Under the pieces are notes generated by a model that saw only the letters and a list, made by a program, of their open reading frames with translations, searched no databases and had not been told where the DNA came from. The position numbers were made by a program, and so were the translations under genes. A DNA stretch of 64,000 bases from assembly GCA_017448795.1 (NCBI GenBank), contig JAFSKV010000072.1, positions 39,084 to 103,083 of the forward strand. The letters are read 5' to 3'. Positions 21,874 through 29,682 of this stretch are shown in pieces (position 1 is the first letter of the stretch; every line of letters starts with the position of its first letter). The stretch comes from Synergistaceae bacterium (lineage in GTDB: Bacteria > Synergistota > Synergistia > Synergistales > Aminobacteriaceae).

Positions 21874-22545
21874 ATGCTGAAGGAAAGAACGTTAAGCCCG
21901 GAAATTATAGCGGAGTACAAGAAGCTCGATGTCCCGTCAGTCTCGGACGCTATGGACAAATTGAGGATATTCGGCGCGCTCTACCACATCAAGGCCGTAG
22001 TCCCGGACACGTACCTTTGCGGGCAGGCCTTCACCGTCCACTACATGCCCAACGGAACGACGAAAGGAACAGTAGGCGACTTCATCGATGAGATTCTGCC
22101 GGGCGAGGTGGCTGTTATCGACAACAACGGCCGTGATGACTGCACTGTGTGGGGCGACATCATGTCAATTTACGCTACCCAGCACGGAATCGCGGGCACG
22201 GTGATTGACGGGGTATGCAGGGACATCAACGTTATCCGCGAGCTGAAGTACCCCATCTTCACGAAGGGCACGTACATGGTAACCGGGAAAGACCGCGTAT
22301 TTGTCGACCGCACGAACTGCCCCGTCTCAATCGCTGGGATTCAGGTCAACCCGGGCGATCTTGTCTGCGGGGACAACACGGGGGTAATCGTCGTTCCGTT
22401 CGAGAGAGCCGCCGAAGTCCTGGAGACCGCCAAGAACATCGAGAAGGTGGAGCAGCAGATACTAGCGCACGTGAAGGCCGGAATGCCGCTCAGGGAAGCA
22501 AGGAAGCTCACGGGCTACCACACATTGCAGACACCGGGGGCGTAA
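21874..22545 (+). CDS. RraA family protein (class II aldolase / oxaloacetate decarboxylase-like), copy 1
   Basis: Contains VSDAMDKL, GEVAVIDNNGRDDCTVWGDIMS, GIAGTVIDGVCRD and GDNTGVIVVP. Confidence 0.75.
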   Translation: MLKERTLSPEIIAEYKKLDVPSVSDAMDKLRIFGALYHIKAVVPDTYLCGQAFTVHYMPNGTTKGTVGDFIDEILPGEVAVIDNNGRDDCTVWGDIMSIYATQHGIAGTVIDGVCRDINVIRELKYPIFTKGTYMVTGKDRVFVDRTNCPVSIAGIQVNPGDLVCGDNTGVIVVPFERAAEVLETAKNIEKVEQQILAHVKAGMPLREARKLTGYHTLQTPGA

Positions 22546-22546
22546 C

Positions 22547-23197
22547 ATGGAACTCACAGCAGAGAAACTCGCGCAGCTCTCACAGCTCCCGACAGGAAAC
22601 ATCGCCGACAACAACAACCATTCTCCGCGCCAAGGGGTGATGCACTCGTCAATCAAGCCCATTGACCCGGCAAGCCGCATGTTAGGCCGTGCAGTAACAG
22701 CAAGGTGCTACCCCGGCGACAACCTAGCACTGCATCAGGCCATGTACGCGGCAGAAGCAGGGGACGTTCTCGTTCTTGACTGTCATGGTTACACGGAGGC
22801 CGGGCATTTCGGGGACATTATGGCGTTGGCGTGCAAGATACGCGGGATTGCTGGCGTTGTAATCGATGGCTCATGCAGGGACTCTCAGGACATAAAGGCG
22901 TTGGGACTTCCTGTTTTCGTCAAAGCCTTCAACCCTTCCGGGACGGTCAAGAAGAGTCTCGGTGAAGTGAATGTGCCTGTGATCTGCGGCGGTGTAAGGG
23001 TAAATCCCGGTGATATTATCGCGGGGGACTGCGACGGGGTTGTCGTTGTGCCTCGTGAACATGAAGATGAAGTATTCTCGCGGGCAGCGGCGAAATTCGA
23101 GAAGGAAGCGTACATAGTCGAACAGCTCAAGGCCGGAATGTCTACGCTTGAAGTTTACGGTTTCGACAAGCTCATAGACAGTCTCAGGAAAATATAG
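22547..23197 (+). CDS. RraA family protein, copy 2
   Basis: Contains GDVLVLDCHG, FGDIMALACKIRGIAGVVIDGSCRD and GDCDGVVVVP. It starts 1 nt after copy 1 ends. Confidence 0.75.
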   Translation: MELTAEKLAQLSQLPTGNIADNNNHSPRQGVMHSSIKPIDPASRMLGRAVTARCYPGDNLALHQAMYAAEAGDVLVLDCHGYTEAGHFGDIMALACKIRGIAGVVIDGSCRDSQDIKALGLPVFVKAFNPSGTVKKSLGEVNVPVICGGVRVNPGDIIAGDCDGVVVVPREHEDEVFSRAAAKFEKEAYIVEQLKAGMSTLEVYGFDKLIDSLRKI

Positions 23198-23226
23198 CGT
23201 GCCGGCAATCTCATTGTCCCTCTGGC

Positions 23227-23254
23227 TTAACGGTCAGGGGGATTTTGCTATAAT
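23227..23254 (+). promoter_or_regulatory. Extended -10 promoter candidate for the terD pair
   Basis: TTAACG, a 16-nt spacer ending in TGC, then TATAAT. Confidence 0.4.
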
Positions 23255-23289
23255 AGCTCAAATTTCCACAAAAGGAGGCACACTCATCA

Positions 23290-23868
23290 ATGATAAATCT
23301 CTTCAAGGGCCAGAAAGTGAACCTCACTAAGGACAATCCAGGCCTCTCGAAAATTCTCGCCGGACTCGGCTGGGATCCGAACAAATACGACGGGGGCTCC
23401 GCTTTTGACCTTGACGCTGAGGCTTTCCTTCTCGGCACGAACGGGAAGGTTACGGCTGACTCTGACTTCGTGTTTTACGGGAGCTTGTCGCATCCTTCCG
23501 GGTCAGTCCAGCACATGGGCGACAACAGGACAGGAATAGGCGGCGGCGACGACGAACAGATCAAGATTGACCTCGCGAAAATTCCCGGCAACATCGACAA
23601 GATAACCTTCACTGTAACCATCTATCAGGCAGAGGAACGCAAACAGAATTTCGGCCAGGTATCTAACGCCTACATACGCATCTATGACGAGGCTAACGGG
23701 ACGGAGTTAATCCGCTACGACCTGGGCGAGGATTTCTCTGTTGAGACGGCTGTTGTTGTGGGTGAATTGTACCGTCAGGGCGGAGAATGGAAGTTCAGCG
23801 CAGTAGGATCGGGCTTCAAGGGCGGGCTGAAGGCTTTGTGCCAGAATTTCGGCGTGAGCATATCGTGA
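23290..23868 (+). CDS. terD: TerD family stress protein
   Basis: Starts [14 protein letters not shown]. Contains [15 protein letters not shown] and the Ca-binding-type string [15 protein letters not shown]. Confidence 0.85.
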   Translation: MINLFKGQKVNLTKDNPGLSKILAGLGWDPNKYDGGSAFDLDAEAFLLGTNGKVTADSDFVFYGSLSHPSGSVQHMGDNRTGIGGGDDEQIKIDLAKIPGNIDKITFTVTIYQAEERKQNFGQVSNAYIRIYDEANGTELIRYDLGEDFSVETAVVVGELYRQGGEWKFSAVGSGFKGGLKALCQNFGVSIS

Positions 23869-23890
23869 GCATATCAAGGAGGCATAAGAG

Positions 23891-24466
23891 ATGATAAGTT
23901 TGTTCAAGGGTCAGAAAGTAGACTTGACAAAGGGCAACCCGGGCCTGTCGAAGATTCTCGTCGGGCTTGGCTGGGACGTGAAGAAGTATGACGGCGGATA
24001 TGATTTCGACCTTGACGCTTCAGCCTTCTTCCTCGGCGCGGACGGGAAAGTCCCAAGCGACTCGGATTTCGTGTTCTACAACAACCTGATGCACAACTCC
24101 GGGTCTGTTCAGCATATGGGCGACAACCTGACAGGCGAGGGAGACGGGGACGACGAGCAAATCAAGGTTGACCTCACAAAAGTCCCTGCTTATGTCAGCA
24201 AAATCGCCTTCACAGTAACGATACATGAGGCAGACGTGCGCCGCCAGAATTTCGGGCAGGTCTCCAACGCTTTCATCCGGATAGTTGACGAGTCTAACGG
24301 CAAGGAACTCATCCGCTACGATTTGGGCGAAGAGTTTTCCGTTGAAACAGCTGTTATTGTCGGGGAGCTTTACCGCCAGGGCCAGGAATGGAAGTTCAAC
24401 GCTGTCGGCTCAGGATTCAAGGGAGGGCTGCGCGCCCTGTGCCGGAATTTCGGCGTGAATGTCTGA
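23891..24466 (+). CDS. terD: TerD family stress protein (tandem paralogue)
   Basis: Starts [14 protein letters not shown] and contains [15 protein letters not shown]. It is collinear with the preceding ORF over its full length. Confidence 0.85.
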   Translation: MISLFKGQKVDLTKGNPGLSKILVGLGWDVKKYDGGYDFDLDASAFFLGADGKVPSDSDFVFYNNLMHNSGSVQHMGDNLTGEGDGDDEQIKVDLTKVPAYVSKIAFTVTIHEADVRRQNFGQVSNAFIRIVDESNGKELIRYDLGEEFSVETAVIVGELYRQGQEWKFNAVGSGFKGGLRALCRNFGVNV

Positions 24467-24497
24467 TTTCTGAAGCAATAAGGAGTGTGATTGTTCC

Positions 24498-24713
24498 GTG
24501 AAATTTTACGACTTGGAATGGCTTGCTGAGAAGTGCGGAACTGATAACAAGTACGAGATTACCGCCAAGGTTGCGGCTGAGGCACGGCGTGAAAGCGAGG
24601 AGGCAGTAGGCGACAGGACAAACCCCGCCAACGAGCGCTATATATCCAACGTCCTCTACGAAATCGAGGAAGGCAGAAGCCCCATCAACGCCCCGTCTGT
24701 CCCGGAGCTATGA
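24498..24713 (+). CDS. rpoZ: Probable RNA polymerase omega subunit
   Basis: 71 aa with a GTG start 12 nt after AGGAG. Contains NKYEITAKVAAEARRE, which resembles the omega helix. It sits in the conserved position just upstream of coaBC-priA. Confidence 0.5.
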   Translation: MKFYDLEWLAEKCGTDNKYEITAKVAAEARRESEEAVGDRTNPANERYISNVLYEIEEGRSPINAPSVPEL

Positions 24714-25894
24714 CGGACTGGAAGCATGGCCGCAGGATTCTCTTGGGCATAACCGGGGGGATAGCGGCCTACAAAATCCCCGCCCTTGTCCGCCTCATCA
24801 CGAAATCCGGCAGTGAGTGCGAGATCATTATGACCCGGTCAGCAAAGAACTTCGCCGCTCCCATGACGCTTGAGACTCTTTCAGGCCGCCGGGTATGGGA
24901 TGATGACAGTTTTGACGGAAGAATCCCCCACATCAAGCTCACACATTGGGCGGAAGCGTTCGTGATTGCCCCATGCACAGCCAACACCCTCGCCAAAATC
25001 GCGCATGGCCTGTCCGACAACCTCCTGACATCAGCCGTATTAGCCGCGACATGTCCCGTCCTGATATTCCCGGCGATGAACGGGGCAATGTATGACAGCC
25101 CGGCGACACGGTCAAACATCAACACGCTGAAATCACGGGGGGTGAAGGTCATTGAGCCGTCAGAAGGCGCGCTTGCCTGCGGGGACTCAGGACGGGGGAG
25201 GATGCCTGAGCCTCACGAGATAATGCACGGGATTTTCCGGGCGTTATGCGTCCAGGACATGGCCGGGAAAAACGTCCTTGTTACCGCCGGGCCTACACAT
25301 GAATACATTGACCCTGTGCGCTACATCAGCAACCCTTCAACCGGGAAAATGGGGGCGGCTATGGCGCGTTCTGCGTGGTACAGGGGGGCTGATGTCCGGG
25401 TCATAGCAGGGCCTGTTGACGTTGACGGCTACGGAATGGAGGTTGTTCACGTGAAATCTGCGCGTGATATGCTGGAGGCAGTGAGGGAAAATCTTTCTTG
25501 GGCTGATTATGTCATCAAGGCTGCCGCTGTAGGGGATTACAGAGTGAAGGATTTTTCCCCCGTCAAAATGAAGCGTGAAGGCACTGACACATTGACGCTG
25601 AAACTTGTGCAGAACCCCGACATCGCCGCAGAAGCAGGGAGGCTCAAGCGTCCGGGTCAAATCCTCGTGGGTTTTGCCGCAGAGACAGACAATGTAACAG
25701 ACAATGCCCGCACGAAAATCATACGCAAGAATCTCGACTGCATACTAGCGAATGACGTTGCCGCGGAAAATTCCGGCTTTGCGTCAGACATGAACACAAT
25801 AACACTCATTCCACGTGAAGGCAGGGAGGAAACATTTTCGGGCCTCAAGGAAGATATTGCGTTCGGCATATGGAGCAGGCTTATTGCTGGTTGA
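24710..25894 (+). CDS. coaBC: Bifunctional phosphopantothenoylcysteine decarboxylase / phosphopantothenate-cysteine ligase
   Basis: Flavoprotein N-domain (ILLGITGGIAAYK, PAMN) and a CoaB C-domain (VTAGPTHEYIDPVRYISNPSTGKMG, AAAVGDYR). Confidence 0.9.
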   Translation: MTDWKHGRRILLGITGGIAAYKIPALVRLITKSGSECEIIMTRSAKNFAAPMTLETLSGRRVWDDDSFDGRIPHIKLTHWAEAFVIAPCTANTLAKIAHGLSDNLLTSAVLAATCPVLIFPAMNGAMYDSPATRSNINTLKSRGVKVIEPSEGALACGDSGRGRMPEPHEIMHGIFRALCVQDMAGKNVLVTAGPTHEYIDPVRYISNPSTGKMGAAMARSAWYRGADVRVIAGPVDVDGYGMEVVHVKSARDMLEAVRENLSWADYVIKAAAVGDYRVKDFSPVKMKREGTDTLTLKLVQNPDIAAEAGRLKRPGQILVGFAAETDNVTDNARTKIIRKNLDCILANDVAAENSGFASDMNTITLIPREGREETFSGLKEDIAFGIWSRLIAG

Positions 25895-27641
25895 TGTCTC
25901 AGTCCCGGAAATCGGCATCGACGCTCTGACCTATGAGGCGGGCAGTGAGCTTCATGAAGGCGCAAGGGTAATCGTTGAGGTTGGGAGGAGAAAATATGCG
26001 GGCTTCGTTCTCGGTGAAGCAAGAAAGAGCCTCCCTCCCGGAATCTCAGCAAAGAATGTAGAAGGCGTGATTGATGACTGGCCTGTTGTCCCCCGCGACA
26101 TCTGGGACTTGGCCATGTGGTCAGCAAGAGTCAGCATGTGCGGTTATGCATCTGCCCTCAAAGCCGCCCTTCCTCTCCCTGTAATCACAGGCGGAAAACT
26201 TATCCCTCCCCCGGAAAACATCGGGTCTCCTTACGTGAAATTCCGTGAGCGTCATTGCTTTAACCCGTTTGACAGAGAGCGGGTTAATTTTTTTGCTGAC
26301 GAAATGAAATCAGACATTCGGACTCTCGTTCTCTTCCCGCGCAAAGATGAAGCAAAATCTTTCTTTATGTCCCTTCCTGAGACGCTGAGGAATGAGGCTG
26401 TATTATGGCCGGAAGAAAGCCCCAAGCTGTGGGAGGCATGGAAGCTCATTCATTCCGGGCAGGTCAGAATAGTCATCGCTCCGCCGGGAGGAGTCTTCGC
26501 GCCGCTCTGCCCCGGAAAAATCATCGTTGAGGACGAAGCCAGCCCCGCGCACCTCATCCCCTATACCCTCAATCTTTCAGCAAGAAGCCTCGCAGGGCAC
26601 AGGGCATCATTCCTCAAAGCCGAGCTGATTCTTGCCGGGCATGTCCCATCCCTCAAGACATACGTGCGCGCACATCCCCGCGAAATTCTCAGGCCTGACC
26701 GCAGGAACATCATCCTTGCCGACATTCACCAGTCAAGAAAAGAGTCCCTTCCAGGAATCGAGGGCAATATACCGCTCACTTATACACTGACGAGCAGGAC
26801 TCACATTGAGCTTGGGCAGGGGAACAATGTCATATGGATTCTGAACAGGACGGGCGAGTCGTCTGAGGTCTTCTGCGAGAACTGCGGGGAATCCGTGAAG
26901 TGTCCCAAGTGCGGGGGTCTCATGATGTCCCTGAATGACGGCGGGCTTCTTCGCTGCAGGCATTGCGGGATCTTGCGTGAAGTGCCGCCAAAGTGTGAGG
27001 GCTGCGGCTTTGTTTTGCTGACGGGGAAAAGGCCGGGGCTTGACTCCCTCGCCAAAATAGCGGGCAGGTATTTTTCCCCCGTTCACGTTTATGATGAGCA
27101 TTCCGACATTACGGCCATGAAGGGGCTGATATTGTCGACAAGCAGGGGGCTTGGGCTTTGCGGGAAAATTTCACCCTCACTTGTCGCATGGCTTGACTTG
27201 GACTCTGAGCTTTGGAGGCCGGAATACAACAGCCGCTGTAATGTCTACAGGATGCTTCTTACCTCATACTGGCGGGGAAGAACCCGTGATTCCGTGCGCA
27301 AGGTCCTCATTCAGGGACGAAGAAAGGGGCTGGGGCTTGCCGGGTATCTCGCCGGAGGATGGACGCGCTTTATCCCGGATGAGCTGAGGATGAGGCGTGA
27401 TTTCCTTCTGCCTCCTTACGGGTACATAGCCGAGATTGACTGCAGCAGTAAAATCTTGCGCGGGGAAATTCTGGACTCTCTCACTGAAGCGGGAGTCTTC
27501 GTGATGGATCCGGGAGAGGATGAGCGGCCTTTGTACGTTAGCTGTGAGACTCTTGACGAGGTGCGCAGGGTGATTGAGCCGAAAATTTTTCTGCGCAACA
27601 CAAAGAAGCACTACATACACATCACAGTAAGGAGCGAATGA
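25815..27641 (+). CDS. priA: PriA-like primosomal protein with degenerate helicase motifs
   Basis: PriA-like N-terminus (VDVSVPEIGIDALTYEA...GARVIVEVGRRKYAGFVLG). Cys-rich insert CENCGESVKCPKCGG...CRHCG...CEGCG. No GxGKT is present. The start is uncertain: ATG at 25815, or TTG at 25884 overlapping the coaBC stop. Confidence 0.7.
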   Translation: MKAGRKHFRASRKILRSAYGAGLLLVDVSVPEIGIDALTYEAGSELHEGARVIVEVGRRKYAGFVLGEARKSLPPGISAKNVEGVIDDWPVVPRDIWDLAMWSARVSMCGYASALKAALPLPVITGGKLIPPPENIGSPYVKFRERHCFNPFDRERVNFFADEMKSDIRTLVLFPRKDEAKSFFMSLPETLRNEAVLWPEESPKLWEAWKLIHSGQVRIVIAPPGGVFAPLCPGKIIVEDEASPAHLIPYTLNLSARSLAGHRASFLKAELILAGHVPSLKTYVRAHPREILRPDRRNIILADIHQSRKESLPGIEGNIPLTYTLTSRTHIELGQGNNVIWILNRTGESSEVFCENCGESVKCPKCGGLMMSLNDGGLLRCRHCGILREVPPKCEGCGFVLLTGKRPGLDSLAKIAGRYFSPVHVYDEHSDITAMKGLILSTSRGLGLCGKISPSLVAWLDLDSELWRPEYNSRCNVYRMLLTSYWRGRTRDSVRKVLIQGRRKGLGLAGYLAGGWTRFIPDELRMRRDFLLPPYGYIAEIDCSSKILRGEILDSLTEAGVFVMDPGEDERPLYVSCETLDEVRRVIEPKIFLRNTKKHYIHITVRSE

Positions 27642-27657
27642 CCGCCGTCAAAATCAC

Positions 27658-27695
27658 AGGTGTATCTTGACAACCACCTACATCAAAACAAGGAG
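27658..27695 (+). promoter_or_regulatory. Candidate preQ1-I riboswitch
   Basis: P1 is AGGUG/CACCU around the loop UAUCUUGACAAC, followed by the A-rich tail ACAUCAAAACAAGGAG. Loop CUUG can pair with tail CAAG, which would sequester the SD. The ATG lies 9 nt after AAGGAG. Confidence 0.6.
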
Positions 27696-27704
27696 ATTGC
27701 AATA

Positions 27705-28415
27705 ATGAGAAAATTCATGTCTGACTTCCGCGCTCTTCTCAGTGCCGCGTCACCGCTGGCTGTCTCTCTGCTGTTCCTCTCAGTCGTGGGGATGAACCTT
27801 CTTGCAAACAAGAGCATTGATACCGGGGTTGAATGGCTTGCTCTGGACTGCGGGATTCTGTTTTCGTGGCTTACCTTCCTTACTATGGACATCCTGACTC
27901 AGAGTTACGGTCCTGGGGCTGCGACGATGTTATCATTTGCCGCGCTCCTGGCGAATCTCCTCATGGCCGGGATATTCTACGCAGCAAGCATGATTCCCGG
28001 CGTGTGGAGCGAGAGCTTTGTTGACGGAAGCGCACAGATTCTGAATGCCGCGCTGGATAACACGTTCGGCGGGACATGGTTTGTCCTTGCGGGAAGCTCA
28101 GTCGCCTTCATATCGTCGGCGGTGCTGAATAACTTTCTCAATTACAGCGTAGGCAGGCACATAAAATCGGCTCAAGGCTTCTGGAATTTTGCGCTTCGTG
28201 CCTACGTGTCGACCATCACAGCCCAGTTTGCTGACAACATGATATTTGCCCTTCTCGTCAGCAGGCCCTTCTTCGGCTGGACTATGACTCAGTGTTTCAC
28301 TTGTGCGCTGACCGGGGCAGTGTTCGAGCTTCTGTTTGAGGTGATATTCTCGCCGCTGGGCTACGGGCTGGCAAGGGGGATGCTTTGCGGCGGATTGACC
28401 GTGAGGGAGGCATGA
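27705..28415 (+). CDS. yhhQ: VUT family queuosine-precursor transporter (YhhQ/COG1738-like)
   Basis: About 236 aa and polytopic, with DILTQSYG and FADNMIFALLV. It lies directly behind the riboswitch candidate. Confidence 0.75.
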   Translation: MRKFMSDFRALLSAASPLAVSLLFLSVVGMNLLANKSIDTGVEWLALDCGILFSWLTFLTMDILTQSYGPGAATMLSFAALLANLLMAGIFYAASMIPGVWSESFVDGSAQILNAALDNTFGGTWFVLAGSSVAFISSAVLNNFLNYSVGRHIKSAQGFWNFALRAYVSTITAQFADNMIFALLVSRPFFGWTMTQCFTCALTGAVFELLFEVIFSPLGYGLARGMLCGGLTVREA

Positions 28416-28418
28416 GCT

Positions 28419-29066
28419 GTGTTTGTGGTCATAAGCGGGACTTCAAGCGGAATAGGCCGGGCAGCAGCCGTGAAATTTCTTGACGAGGGCGCGGAAGTTA
28501 TCGGCTTTGACATTGCGCCTTCATCGCTTGAGCATCCCTGTTACCGCCATATCATCCACGACATAACGGAAGATGAACCGCCCCCTTTGCTGTCCCCGGA
28601 AATCGTCATAAATTCCGCCGGGACTATAAGCGAGCCTGATGCAATCAACGTGAACCTGAAGGGAGCAATGCGCTTCGTGAGTCATTTTCTCGGAAGCCCC
28701 GCGCTGAAATCTGTGCTGTTCATAGCCTCAGCGTCAGCCCGGAACGGCGCGGAGTTCCCTCTTTACGTGGCAAGCAAGGCAGGAGTCATAGGCTACATGA
28801 AGAACCTTGCGTTGACTCTCGCAAAACGCGGCATAACCTGCAACAGCATTTCTCCCGGAGGAGTCATCACGCCGATGAACCGCCATATTCTCGACGATGA
28901 GGCACTATACAGGGCTGTGAAGAATGAGACTCTATTAGGGAAATGGGCAGAGCCGGAAGAGATTGCCGGACTTGCGTGGTATCTTACGGCAGTTAACAGG
29001 TCAATAACGGGCGAGGATATACTCATAGACAACGGGGAAATGCTCAAGTCAAATTTCATCTGGTGA
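28419..29066 (+). CDS. Short-chain dehydrogenase/reductase (SDR)
   Basis: Contains VISGTSSGIGRAAA (TGxxxGxG-type), the catalytic YVASKAG, and SPGGVITPM. The GTG start is 3 nt after the yhhQ stop and is preceded by GGGAGG. Confidence 0.8.
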   Translation: MFVVISGTSSGIGRAAAVKFLDEGAEVIGFDIAPSSLEHPCYRHIIHDITEDEPPPLLSPEIVINSAGTISEPDAINVNLKGAMRFVSHFLGSPALKSVLFIASASARNGAEFPLYVASKAGVIGYMKNLALTLAKRGITCNSISPGGVITPMNRHILDDEALYRAVKNETLLGKWAEPEEIAGLAWYLTAVNRSITGEDILIDNGEMLKSNFIW

Positions 29067-29113
29067 AGGGACAAAGTTTCGTTTGCGGAAATTAATTAGT
29101 CATTTCTACGTTA

Positions 29114-29140
29114 TTGCGCGCAAAGTTTGAATGTTAGAAT
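29114..29140 (+). promoter_or_regulatory. Extended -10 promoter candidate for skp
   Basis: TTGCGC ... TGtTAGAAT. Confidence 0.3.
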
Positions 29141-29192
29141 GCAACGCGGATTCACAAAGGGTTACACAGACACAGGAGGAATAACAATAATA

Positions 29193-29663
29193 ATGTCATC
29201 AAGGAAAATTATCTTGCTTGTACTTGCAGTATCTCTTCTCACAATGAGCCTTGCAGTATCAGCTTCAGCCGCCGCCAAGAAACCTGCTGCTTCAGCCGCT
29301 CCAGCCGCCGCAGATTTCGTAGGCATAGTAGACAGAGGACTAATCCTCGACAGTCATCCGGGGCTCAATCAGGCACGCCAGAAGTTAGCGGATATTGCCC
29401 GCCAGAAAGAGAACGAAGCCAAAGCCGCCGCCGACAAAGAGACTGACACGGCGAAGAAGGCTCAGGCAGTGCAGGCCAAGAGAATGGAGCTCGCGCAGGA
29501 AGAACAGAAGCTCATGGCACCGATATACAGGGACTGTGAACAGGCTGTGCGTGAAGTTGCGGTGAAGAGGAAACTGACCCTCGTCCTCGACAAGTTCGTT
29601 GTCCTTATCGGCGGAGTAGACATCACACAGGACGTAATACAGCAGCTATCCCGCAAGAAATAA
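29193..29663 (+). CDS. skp: OmpH/Skp family periplasmic chaperone
   Basis: Signal peptide MSSRKIILLVLAVSLLTMSLAVSASA, a long charged coiled-coil region, and the tail LVLDKFVVLIGGVDITQDVI. Confidence 0.7.
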   Translation: MSSRKIILLVLAVSLLTMSLAVSASAAAKKPAASAAPAAADFVGIVDRGLILDSHPGLNQARQKLADIARQKENEAKAAADKETDTAKKAQAVQAKRMELAQEEQKLMAPIYRDCEQAVREVAVKRKLTLVLDKFVVLIGGVDITQDVIQQLSRKK

Positions 29664-29682
29664 TCCCGTCAATCACAAGTTC

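Noticed and set aside
23290-24466. Calling the terD pair, with the distant DUF533/TerB-like gene, a tellurite-resistance operon.
   Set aside because: No terZ, A, B, C, E or F genes are adjacent. The two loci are 25 kb apart and separately transcribed.
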